Below, in pieces: positions 28,300 to 37,173 of a stretch of DNA of 64,000 nucleotides. The stretch covers positions 98,222 through 162,221 of the forward strand of contig CANJZE010000002.1 in NCBI GenBank assembly GCA_947479455.1. The letters are read 5' to 3'. This DNA is from Bacteroidota bacterium (GTDB lineage: Bacteria > Bacteroidota > Bacteroidia > Chitinophagales > LD1). Under the pieces are notes generated by a model. It was not told where the DNA came from, ran no database searches, and saw only the letters and a program-made list of their open reading frames with translations. A program made the position numbers and the translations under genes. Position 1 is the stretch's first letter. Each line of letters begins with the position of its first letter.

Positions 28300-29739
28300 C
28301 TACTTTTTTAATGTAAAATAAAATGTGGTTCCTTCGTCAACTTTCGATTCTAAGCGAACATTGCCGCTGTGTCGTTCAACTATTTTTTTGCAAACGGCTA
28401 AACCAATTCCAGTTCCTTCGTATTCGCTTCTTGTATGCAAGCGCTGAAAAATAACAAAAATACGATTGTAAAATTTGGGGTCAATCCCAATTCCGTTATC
28501 ACTTACTGCTATTTCAAAATAATTGTCCAGCTCCTTTACGGAAATTTTGATAATAGGTTTTCTTTCCGGAGCTTTAAATTTGATCGCATTATCAATAAAA
28601 TTTTGAAACAAGCGAATGAGTTGCGATTGATCGCCATTGACTTGTGGCATATTGTCATAACTTACTGATGCTTCATTTTCACCAATTCTATTCGTAAGGT
28701 GAGTCACAGCTATTTTCAAAACTTCATTTAGGTTCACTAAACCAAATGAAGCACCCTTCTTGTTCACTCGCGAATAATGTAACAAGTCATTAATCAATGC
28801 TTGCATCCGGCCAACGCCATCTAAAACGTATTTCATAAAATCGTTTACCTCATTCAGTTTGCCACTTTCAATATTTTTTTGAACCAGTTGTATATAGCTC
28901 GCAATCATGCGTAATGGTTCCTGCATATCGTGAGAGGCTACGTAAGCAAACTGTTCTAATTCTTCATTAGAGCGTTTTAACTCATTGGTTTGGTTGGCGA
29001 GTTCGTTTTGAGCCATTTTCATTTCTGTAATATCCAAACAACTACCCATATAACCGGCAAAACTCTCATCCGGTAAAAAACGGGGTGTTCCAATTTCTAA
29101 AATGTGTCGGTAGGTGCCGTCATATCTTCTTAGTCGATACTCGCATGAATAGTTTGTGCGTTCTAGTAAAAAATGGTTGATCTCATTAAAAGACTTCATG
29201 TCATCGACATGAACTCCTCGTATCCAGCCCGAACCTAATTCTTCTTCAAATTTTCGGCCGGTAAAATCTAGCCAAGCCCTATTGAAATAGTAACATAGGT
29301 TATCAGGATCGGTCATCCAGATCATCACCGGTGAAGCATCGGCCAATGTGGTAAAACGGGTTTCACTTTCCTTAAGCAACCCTTTCATTTGGTCTATGGC
29401 AGGGTTGTCGGCCAGCGTATAAATTTTCCCAGCTTTTCCATCAGAGAGAGTGATGGGTGATACAGAAACTTTTGCCCAACTAACACTGTTATCTTTTTTA
29501 GTAATACCGGTTTCCCAGTGAGTGGCTTTTTCATTAATCACCATATCATAGTTGACTCTCACCCTAAACAGGTTAGCTGCTGTTAGCAAACTTATATCAT
29601 CTAAAGTGTAGCCCGAAAGCTTAGAAAAGGCAGGATTGAAAAAGAGTGGAATATCCTCTGCCGTGGTAATGAGAACTGCTTCGGCATAGTGCTCAAAGAA
29701 ATCCTGATGGGGTATGTGTTGGGACAATCGCACGGTCAA
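28300..29739 (-). CDS. cytoplasmic PAS-PAS sensor histidine kinase
   Basis: 479 aa with no TM segment. Two PAS-like segments, an H-box FAYVASHDMQEPLR, and HATPase N and G boxes (DNAIKF, DNGIGI, GTGIGLA). Confidence 0.88.
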   Translation of the reverse strand: MTVRLSQHIPHQDFFEHYAEAVLITTAEDIPLFFNPAFSKLSGYTLDDISLLTAANLFRVRVNYDMVINEKATHWETGITKKDNSVSWAKVSVSPITLSDGKAGKIYTLADNPAIDQMKGLLKESETRFTTLADASPVMIWMTDPDNLCYYFNRAWLDFTGRKFEEELGSGWIRGVHVDDMKSFNEINHFLLERTNYSCEYRLRRYDGTYRHILEIGTPRFLPDESFAGYMGSCLDITEMKMAQNELANQTNELKRSNEELEQFAYVASHDMQEPLRMIASYIQLVQKNIESGKLNEVNDFMKYVLDGVGRMQALINDLLHYSRVNKKGASFGLVNLNEVLKIAVTHLTNRIGENEASVSYDNMPQVNGDQSQLIRLFQNFIDNAIKFKAPERKPIIKISVKELDNYFEIAVSDNGIGIDPKFYNRIFVIFQRLHTRSEYEGTGIGLAVCKKIVERHSGNVRLESKVDEGTTFYFTLKK

Positions 29740-29773
29740 TTTTCTTTAGTATGAATGTAGCAATTGTATGTCG

Positions 29774-29806
29774 AAAAAAAAACGGCTCTGGTTTTCACCA
29801 GAGCCA
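29774..29806 (-). terminator. intrinsic terminator of 29835..31028
   Basis: Minus strand: GGCTCTGGT-GAAA-ACCAGAGCC followed by a T8 run. Confidence 0.75.
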
Positions 29807-29834
29807 TTAGAAAGTAACGAACAAGCTATTATAG

Positions 29835-31028
29835 TTACTTTATTGGAGATACTTTCTCAATCATGATACCATTTGCAGATACTGAAAGAGATGGATTACT
29901 TTGTGAAGGAAGTTGGTTAAAGAAATCTTTGTAAGTGTTACCAATGATTGTGTAACCACCAGTATTCAAGTCGTAGAAAATATTGTTCATCATGTTAATG
30001 TTGTTTCCAGAACCATTATTTCTGTAATAAGCTTGTGATGTAGTTTGTGCCCCGCTAATTGTCAATTTAACGCGGTTAAAATTCAACACTTGATTATCAG
30101 TGCTACCAGTTAAGAAAACTCCGTAAGTTTCGCTTGCGCCACCTACAGCAATAGAATTGTTATTGATTTGACCAAGGTTCGTAGCCTGAGCTGTGCAGTT
30201 GTTCATAGCCACACCGTAAGAACCGTTTGCAGCGTTGATAATGTTATTGCTGATAATTACGTTGTTAGCTACGTTATCTAAATTCATTGCTTTAAAAGAA
30301 CCTAAATTGGAAAGTGTGCTGATAACGTTGTTGGTAATTACCGGTGCATCTTCGTTAGTAAGAGCCAACCCTGCTTCGTATTGATTGAAGAATAGAGTGC
30401 CAGTGATAGAAGTTTTTGCATCCATTGATTCCGTAGTGTTTCCGCCTTTTGAAATTCCAATACTTCCGTTATTGATTTCGCAATCAGTAAAAGCTACATC
30501 AGATTTTGAAGCGCTGGCAGTAAATAGAACAGTAGCACTTTGTGTACCCGTTCTTGTTACTTCAACCCCGTCAAACACCACTCCTTTAAAAGCAAGGTTG
30601 CCAGCTTTTCCGTCAACACGAAGTGTGTTTCCGTAAGTAGAATTTTTATGATCAATAGTAAGGTTTTCAAAATTTACGAATGTTGTTCCGTTAAGAACCA
30701 TAGTAGCATCAGCAGCTCCGTAACTGATTACCACCTCCGAGTTGTTTCCTGATTTCGATTCAAAGGTAACGGTATTGAAAGCCGAAGAGCCGGGAATAGC
30801 TGAAAGAACAACTCTCTCATTATATGTTCCATCTTCGAGTTTAAAAGTTACCGGACCAGTTACACCACCGCATTTTAGTGCGTTTGATGCGTCATTAATA
30901 GTTGCGAAATCGGCATTTTCACCTCTCCCGATGGTGAATTCGCCAGAAAGTGCAGGACAATCACCTGCAAAAGAGTTAAGCGATAGTGTAAGTAGCGCTG
31001 CTCCGAAGATTGTTGTTAGCTTGTTCAT
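29835..31028 (-). CDS. secreted right-handed beta-helix repeat protein, no T9SS sorting domain
   Basis: 397 aa with signal peptide MNKLTTIFGAALLTLSLNSFA. It has N/G/T-rich periodic repeats (NNVISNNIINA...) typical of parallel beta-helix proteins. Confidence 0.65.
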   Translation of the reverse strand: MNKLTTIFGAALLTLSLNSFAGDCPALSGEFTIGRGENADFATINDASNALKCGGVTGPVTFKLEDGTYNERVVLSAIPGSSAFNTVTFESKSGNNSEVVISYGAADATMVLNGTTFVNFENLTIDHKNSTYGNTLRVDGKAGNLAFKGVVFDGVEVTRTGTQSATVLFTASASKSDVAFTDCEINNGSIGISKGGNTTESMDAKTSITGTLFFNQYEAGLALTNEDAPVITNNVISTLSNLGSFKAMNLDNVANNVIISNNIINAANGSYGVAMNNCTAQATNLGQINNNSIAVGGASETYGVFLTGSTDNQVLNFNRVKLTISGAQTTSQAYYRNNGSGNNINMMNNIFYDLNTGGYTIIGNTYKDFFNQLPSQSNPSLSVSANGIMIEKVSPIK

Positions 31029-31345
31029 GTTTGCTTGTTTTTTTGTTTGTAACTAAATTTGAATTGCTGTTCGTGCTAGTAATATATGCTGGGTTATTCG
31101 CCTTGTCAAGGGTTTAAACTAAAAAGTTTGAATTTTCTTGTAAACTATTTTCAAGACCTTGAAAAACAGGCTGATTGTTTTACGTATCGAACTCAAAAGT
31201 AGAGCTAAATTTCAAAAAACGAATTTTTTGAAGGTGTTTTTTAAGATTACTCAACAACACTCCTCCCCTCTACTGTATTACATTTCCATTCCTATCAATT
31301 CGCTATTCGTCATTTCCTATATTCGCCCATCAAATTTTTTTACCA

Positions 31346-32314
31346 ATGGGCAATGCCATAAAACTAAGCTCTTTTCTTGAAGCCAACAGCAATATTGAAT
31401 TGGCAAAAATAATTGTATCGCTTGCTGAAGGTTGCAAAATAATCGGGCGATTAGTAAACAACGCTGGCTTGAGCGGAATTATTGGAACTACCGGTGACAC
31501 CAACGTGCAGGGCGAAACGGTGCAAAAACTCGATGACCTTTCCAATAAAATTTTGATGGATTATTTGCGCGCTAGCGAAACTTGTGCAGGTTATTTAAGT
31601 GAAGAAAATGAAGGCATAGTAACACTCAATCAAAACGGCAAATACATTATTTCTGTTGACCCACTTGATGGTTCTTCTAATATTGACATTTGCGCGCCAA
31701 TTGGAACGATCTTTAATTTAAATGAAAGAATTTCTGTTTCAGGTGAAGTAAATAATGAAGATTTTTTTCAACCTGGAACTGCCACTAAATGTGCTGGGTA
31801 TTTTATTTATGGCAGTTCTACTATTCTAGTTTTGTCAACCGGAAATGGAGTAAATGGTTTTACGTTGAACACCGTAGACAATGAGTTTTATCTCTCACAT
31901 CCTTCAGTGAAAGTTTTAGAGGACGGAAAAATTTATTCGCTGAATCAAGGCAACATAGGCAAGTTTGATGAGGGCGTTAAAAACTTCATTTCTTACTGTT
32001 CAACTACGGACAAAGAAACTTCGCGACCTTATTCGCTTCGCTATATTGGTTCAATGGTAGGCGATTTACATCGCACATTTATCAAGGGTGGGATTTTTAT
32101 TTATCCGGCTAACAAAGGGGATAAAAAAGGTAAACTGCGCTTATTATATGAATGCATACCCATGTCGTTTCTTACAGAACAAGCAGGGGGTAAAGCAAGT
32201 GATGGAGAAAAAAGAATTCTTGAAATTGCACCAACTGAACTTCATGAACGAACCGCTATATTTATAGGGTCGAAGAATTTGGTAGAGAAAGCAGAAGAGT
32301 TTTTGAGAGGTTAA
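31346..32314 (+). CDS. fbp: class 1 fructose-1,6-bisphosphatase
   Basis: 322 aa. LSEENE, VDPLDGSSNID and GKLRLLYE motifs. Confidence 0.92.
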   Translation: MGNAIKLSSFLEANSNIELAKIIVSLAEGCKIIGRLVNNAGLSGIIGTTGDTNVQGETVQKLDDLSNKILMDYLRASETCAGYLSEENEGIVTLNQNGKYIISVDPLDGSSNIDICAPIGTIFNLNERISVSGEVNNEDFFQPGTATKCAGYFIYGSSTILVLSTGNGVNGFTLNTVDNEFYLSHPSVKVLEDGKIYSLNQGNIGKFDEGVKNFISYCSTTDKETSRPYSLRYIGSMVGDLHRTFIKGGIFIYPANKGDKKGKLRLLYECIPMSFLTEQAGGKASDGEKRILEIAPTELHERTAIFIGSKNLVEKAEEFLRG

Positions 32315-32344
32315 ACATGTTTAGAAATCTTTAGTTAAACGGAA

Positions 32345-33514
32345 ATGAAAAAAACAGGATTGCTTTTTGGTTTTGCGTTTATGTGGCAAATTTTGTTTGC
32401 ACAGAATTCACCAGTTGCATCTAATGATACTTTTAGCATCAACAAAAATGTAGTAACCTCGTTTTATATTCTATCAAACGATTATGATTTAGATGGCGAC
32501 CCGCTTACGATTACGGTTTTGGACTCACCTCAACACGGTTCAATTACTATTTCGGGAAACACGATTGTATACACACCCACCTTTAATTACATAGGACCGG
32601 ATTCGATTACCTACGTTATTTGTGACACTACGAATCGTTGCGATACTGCCATCGTTTATGTTTCGGTTATTGGAAACAATAACGCTCCTATTGCCAACGA
32701 TGATAATTATGTAGTACAACAAAACACAAATACGATACTTACAGTATCGAGTAACGATTACGATATAGATGGTGACCTACTTACGTTAACTATAATTTCG
32801 CCACCGCAACACGGATCTGCCACCATCATAAACGGCACACAAATATTTTACTCACCAAACAGTTTTTATTATGGCCCCGATACAATTGTTTATGTGTTGT
32901 GCGACAACCATAATTTGTGTGACACTGCTATTGTTTACATTTGGGTAACAGGTTCTAACCATGCTCCAATTGCAACTGATGATAGTTATACTTTTACTGA
33001 TTCGTCCTCCACGTTATCGCTTTCAGTATTAACGAACGATTACGACCCTGAGAACGATACAATTCTTATAGTGCTGGTTTTTGATAATGATACGGCAAAC
33101 AATCTTGGTCTTGTAAGTTTAGAATTAGGCAACATAATTTTTACTCGAACGGGATTGAACTGTGGAACTGAAACCTTTCAATATGCGGTTTGCGATTACC
33201 AATTATGCGATACAGGTAACTTGTCAATCACTATTACTTGTCCTGAAAATATTTTTTTACCACAGGGTTTCTCACCCGATGGAGATGGCAAAAATGACAA
33301 ACTTGTTTTTACCGGCTTAGAATATTTTGCTCCCGCTACTGTTAAGGTTTTTAATCGTTACGGCACTACAGTTTATGAAAACACTGATTACAAAAATGAT
33401 TGGGGCGGAACTTATATCGAAAACGACAAGGCACTTCCTGACGGAACTTATTTTTATACCCTTCAGCTAAACGACAAAAGGCACTACAACAATTACCTTA
33501 TCATTAATCGATAA
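32345..33514 (+). CDS. cadherin-like repeat protein with type B T9SS (gliding-motility-associated) C-terminal domain
   Basis: 389 aa with a signal peptide. Three repeats of the NDxYxxxxN...NDYDxDGDxLT type. C-terminus: FSPDGDGKNDKLVF...FNRYGTTVYE...WGG...LPDGTYFY. Confidence 0.82.
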   Translation: MKKTGLLFGFAFMWQILFAQNSPVASNDTFSINKNVVTSFYILSNDYDLDGDPLTITVLDSPQHGSITISGNTIVYTPTFNYIGPDSITYVICDTTNRCDTAIVYVSVIGNNNAPIANDDNYVVQQNTNTILTVSSNDYDIDGDLLTLTIISPPQHGSATIINGTQIFYSPNSFYYGPDTIVYVLCDNHNLCDTAIVYIWVTGSNHAPIATDDSYTFTDSSSTLSLSVLTNDYDPENDTILIVLVFDNDTANNLGLVSLELGNIIFTRTGLNCGTETFQYAVCDYQLCDTGNLSITITCPENIFLPQGFSPDGDGKNDKLVFTGLEYFAPATVKVFNRYGTTVYENTDYKNDWGGTYIENDKALPDGTYFYTLQLNDKRHYNNYLIINR

Positions 33515-33533
33515 GATAAGAAACAGTTACAAT

Positions 33534-35141
33534 TTACTCCTTTACAAATCGAAGCATTTTGTTCGAAGAACCAGAAACAATTTCCAGCAAGTAAACCCCG
33601 GAGGCGAGGTCGGCAGTTTTTAGTTCATTGTTCGATGGATTAATCTCTTGCCACAACAATTGTCCTGAAGTAGAAAATATTTTTACCAAATACTTTTCAT
33701 TACTTGAAATTTGAAGTTGGGAATTCGCAGTGCGAGAAACCGGATTAGGAAAAAACGAAACATTAAAGTCATCGGTAAGCAGATCAACGGCATTAACTAT
33801 TGGTGGATCGTATGCGGCAATCACAATGTCATTCACGATTGCATTATCAATATGAATGTTTCCATAGTACCCTGTATAACTATAATAACCAGCCATTATC
33901 ACCTTACCCGCATTGGAAACTGCAACTGAAAATCCGCAATCTGTATTCACGCCACCTGCACTTGTAACCCATCGAATAGTTCCAGAAGGTGAATAACCCA
34001 CTAAAAAAATATCGCGGTCATAAGCGTGAAGCGAGTTGCCGTCAAAGTCAATAACATCCTGATACATACCGGTGGCAAAAATATTTCCATCGGCATCGGT
34101 GGTAACTCCCCAGCCGATGTCCAATTGATGACCCCGACCTGCACGTGCCCATAAATTGTTACCTACCGAATCGTATTTAGCTACAAAAACATCGTTGTAA
34201 TCGCTATAGGTAATCGAATGTGAATCAAAATTAGCAGTACCCGCAAAATATCCAACCAATATTGCATTTCCATTTGCATCGCTACAAACTCCATGTGCCG
34301 CATCTTCGTAAGTACTGCCAGCACGTTTTAGCCAATCGTAATTTCCATTGAGATCAATTTTTGCTAAAAAAATATCGTAACTAGAAGTAGCTGAGTTGAT
34401 GTTACCAGCACCTATTTTCAAATTGCTTCCAAAATATCCTGTAATAAAAATGGAATGGTCATTATCAAAAGCAATACCGGTAATTTGGTTGGCATTGTTT
34501 CCAACTACAGATTTTGCCCACAGCACATTTCCGGTAGAATTATACTTAGCATAAAAAGATTCATTGTAAACGTTCGGTGTTGATAAATGAAAATTATCAA
34601 GCTGAATATTGTATTCATAAGAACCTGCCAAATAAATATTGCCGGCATAATCTACATCAATACATAAACTCAAATCAGAGTTTGCACCTCCCAATTGATT
34701 CACCCAAACTAAGTTTCCATCGGTGGTATATTTTGCCACAAAGACATCGGCATCGCCTCTACTCAACAACATAGTGTTTTCAAACCAGGCCGTATCGTTG
34801 AAGTACCCCGTTACATATAAGAAACCCCCTTTGTATTTAATAGCACTTCCAGCATCGTTCTCATCTCCTCCCGCAAGTTTTGCCCAAAGCACATTTCCCT
34901 GCGGGTCGTACTTGGTAATAAACACATCAAAAATTCCTTTACCTAATGCTCCTACTCCAGAAAAATTTGCTTCACCAGCAATGTTTCCGGTAACATACGC
35001 ATTACCTTGTTCATCCAGCGTTACAGAATTAGCAGCATCGCTTCCTATACCTCCTTCGCCCTTTGCCCATGCCCAAGATTGCGCATTACTAGAGTTGCAC
35101 AAAATGGAAAAGAGAAAAAGAAAATTTATGTAAAGTTTCAT
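33534..35141 (-). CDS. SBBP beta-propeller repeat protein with type A T9SS sorting domain
   Basis: 535 aa with a signal peptide. It has repeated G..D.F..KY...GN..W units. C-terminus: FFPNPVSRTA...GVYLLEIV...LRFVKE. Confidence 0.8.
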   Translation of the reverse strand: MKLYINFLFLFSILCNSSNAQSWAWAKGEGGIGSDAANSVTLDEQGNAYVTGNIAGEANFSGVGALGKGIFDVFITKYDPQGNVLWAKLAGGDENDAGSAIKYKGGFLYVTGYFNDTAWFENTMLLSRGDADVFVAKYTTDGNLVWVNQLGGANSDLSLCIDVDYAGNIYLAGSYEYNIQLDNFHLSTPNVYNESFYAKYNSTGNVLWAKSVVGNNANQITGIAFDNDHSIFITGYFGSNLKIGAGNINSATSSYDIFLAKIDLNGNYDWLKRAGSTYEDAAHGVCSDANGNAILVGYFAGTANFDSHSITYSDYNDVFVAKYDSVGNNLWARAGRGHQLDIGWGVTTDADGNIFATGMYQDVIDFDGNSLHAYDRDIFLVGYSPSGTIRWVTSAGGVNTDCGFSVAVSNAGKVIMAGYYSYTGYYGNIHIDNAIVNDIVIAAYDPPIVNAVDLLTDDFNVSFFPNPVSRTANSQLQISSNEKYLVKIFSTSGQLLWQEINPSNNELKTADLASGVYLLEIVSGSSNKMLRFVKE

Positions 35142-35223
35142 GAGTATGCTTCTACTAAAGATTCAACATTCAATACTAAACAAAGAAAAACAATTTTCAA
35201 GTAGGCATCTTGAAGTTAGAGAA

Positions 35224-35257
35224 AAGAAAAAGGGCTTCAGCGTCAAACTGAAACCCT
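35224..35257 (-). terminator. intrinsic terminator of 35280..36122
   Basis: Minus strand: GGGTTTCAG-TTTGACG-CTGAAGCCC followed by TTTTTCTTTTC. Confidence 0.65.
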
Positions 35258-35279
35258 TTGACTAAATTTTGAATCTTAA

Positions 35280-36122
35280 CTATTCTGTTATAGAAAATCT
35301 ACGGGTAGACAGGTTCTTACCATCTGTAATCGATAGAAAATAAACCCCTTCAGGCAAACTATTTCTTTCAACTGAAGTGGTGTTCAATCCAACTTTTGCT
35401 TCAAATTCATTTGATGAAACGGCATTGCCTATAATATCAGTAATGCGAATAGTGTAAACAGCGTCCTTCGAAGAAACAAAGGAAAGCTTTGCGTTTATGT
35501 TCATTGGGTTTGGAACCAGCTGTAACGAAGAAAAATTGTCTGAAACTTCCGCAACATTTAAGCCCGTACAAGTAGCACCAGTAGAAATAAGATTAGTGGC
35601 GTTTACAGACGTATCTGTATTGGCGCACGTACCAGCAGCAGTTTTAACTCTTATGAAAAGGCGAATACCCGTTTGGTCAACTAAGTTTGCAGGTATATCC
35701 TGGCCTGTTGCCCCACCATTAATCCAAGCTCTAAGGTTTAATGCGAACTTGTATTGGCCGGCAGCATCATTTGTAGTGCCCTGAATTCTCAAAAACCCAT
35801 CTTCACTGGCACTGTATCTTTTATCTGCTTGATCGGTACCCCAACACAAACCGCATGGTAAATTGTCAACTCCAAGAAATTGAATGCTATCTACGTTTTG
35901 GTGCCCCAAAAAATCAAACGCAGAAAACATCGTAAACTGAATATCGTGCGTGTAAGCAGTGCCTTGAACCACACATGGGGAAAGATCGGGAGCATCAAAC
36001 CCACCGTTTGCCGGTCCACCAAGTGGAGTACCTGTAGTAGGCGAAGAACAAGCCTGACTATGGGCTGAAAAATTTAAGAATACAAGAGCGATAAATGAAA
36101 GTGTAGAAATTACTTTTCTCAT
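35280..36122 (-). CDS. T9SS type A cargo, paralog 1 of a tandem family (280 aa)
   Basis: Signal peptide. Shared N-domain motif DNLPCGLCWGTDQ...EDGFLRIQGTT...GQYKF. C-terminal domain: VPNPMNINAKL...GVYFLSI...RFSITE. Confidence 0.8.
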   Translation of the reverse strand: MRKVISTLSFIALVFLNFSAHSQACSSPTTGTPLGGPANGGFDAPDLSPCVVQGTAYTHDIQFTMFSAFDFLGHQNVDSIQFLGVDNLPCGLCWGTDQADKRYSASEDGFLRIQGTTNDAAGQYKFALNLRAWINGGATGQDIPANLVDQTGIRLFIRVKTAAGTCANTDTSVNATNLISTGATCTGLNVAEVSDNFSSLQLVPNPMNINAKLSFVSSKDAVYTIRITDIIGNAVSSNEFEAKVGLNTTSVERNSLPEGVYFLSITDGKNLSTRRFSITE

Positions 36123-36169
36123 GATTTAGTTTTTGAGTTATTAAAAAGCGAATGTTTCGCGAGCCAAAA

Positions 36170-36200
36170 CAAAAAAGTCTCCCCGAATACGGGAAGACTT
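36170..36200 (-). terminator. intrinsic terminator of 36228..37073
   Basis: Minus strand: AGTCTTCCCG-TATT-CGGGGAGACT followed by a T6 run. Confidence 0.7.
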
Positions 36201-36227
36201 CTTGTATAAAGTTTTCAACAGAAAAAA

Positions 36228-37073
36228 TTATTCTGTAATAGTTATTCTCTTGGTAAGAAGTGTTTTGCCGCTTCCGATAGTATAGAAATAAACCCCTGGC
36301 GCAAGGGTTCCTCTATCTAAAGAAGAAATGTTTTCACCTGCTTTAGTTTCTACTTCTTTGTTGTAAACTTCGCTGCCAATCATATTGGTTAGTCTCTCAG
36401 TTACTACCATTGCTTTTTCAGAGAAGAATTTAACTGTAGCTCTGTTGTTGAATGGATTTGGAACCACACTCAATTCGCTCATTGGATTGTTCAAATCTTC
36501 AAATCCATTGGTGCAAACTGCACTAGCTGCATAACCCGAAGGTTTTGTAAATGGAACTGCTTGTGCAGTATCCAAAGTAACCTCTGCCAAACCTGCGTTA
36601 TTAACTCTTACGTAGTATTTCAAACCTACTGACTCAGCATTAATAGGAATTGCTACTCCTAAACCAATATCAACAGCAACACGAATAAACAATTTATAAA
36701 CGCCTGGATCGCTACAGGTAGTTCCGTTGATTTTTATGCAACCGTCTTCCTGGTTTGCGTAAGTATTATTGGCTTTGTTTGTAGCCCAACATAAACCGGT
36801 AGGCAAGTTTCCGATAGAATCAATTTTTAACGTTACCACAGTAACCAAGTTACCTTGGTATCTTGCTGTATCGTAGTTTTTAAATTGAATAATGGTAGTT
36901 GAAGGTAATCCATTGATAACCGTGGGTAAGCTATCAGATACTGGTCCTAAACCCGGTTTTGTAAGCGCACCGGAAGGCGTACATTGAGAAGTACCAGAGC
37001 CACCGCAGTATTGAGCGTATGCTCCGAAACTTAACATGTAAACAGAGAGAAGAGTAAAAATTAATTTTTTCAT
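36228..37073 (-). CDS. T9SS type A cargo, paralog 2 of a tandem family (281 aa)
   Basis: Signal peptide. Motif GNLPTGLCWATNK...EDGCIKINGTT...GVYKL. C-terminal domain: VPNPFNNRATV...GVYFYTI...RITITE. Confidence 0.8.
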   Translation of the reverse strand: MKKLIFTLLSVYMLSFGAYAQYCGGSGTSQCTPSGALTKPGLGPVSDSLPTVINGLPSTTIIQFKNYDTARYQGNLVTVVTLKIDSIGNLPTGLCWATNKANNTYANQEDGCIKINGTTCSDPGVYKLFIRVAVDIGLGVAIPINAESVGLKYYVRVNNAGLAEVTLDTAQAVPFTKPSGYAASAVCTNGFEDLNNPMSELSVVPNPFNNRATVKFFSEKAMVVTERLTNMIGSEVYNKEVETKAGENISSLDRGTLAPGVYFYTIGSGKTLLTKRITITE

Positions 37074-37173
37074 AGACGTTGTTCGTTTTGATTATTGAAT
37101 AACACAAATGTAATGAATCAATTTGTTTTTTGAACAAATTTTATTCACAAATATTTATAACAGTATGATGGGT

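Noticed and set aside
29835-31028. The beta-helix protein, considered as a truncated T9SS cargo because it lacks a C-terminal sorting domain.
   Set aside because: The ORF ends cleanly 29 nt before a strong terminator and no sorting-domain remnant was seen downstream. There is not enough evidence to call it a pseudogene.
31159-31380. 73-aa plus-strand ORF in the divergent region upstream of fbp, and its antisense partner 31330..31545.
   Set aside because: They overlap the fbp start out of frame, lie in AT-rich promoter-like DNA and show no motifs.
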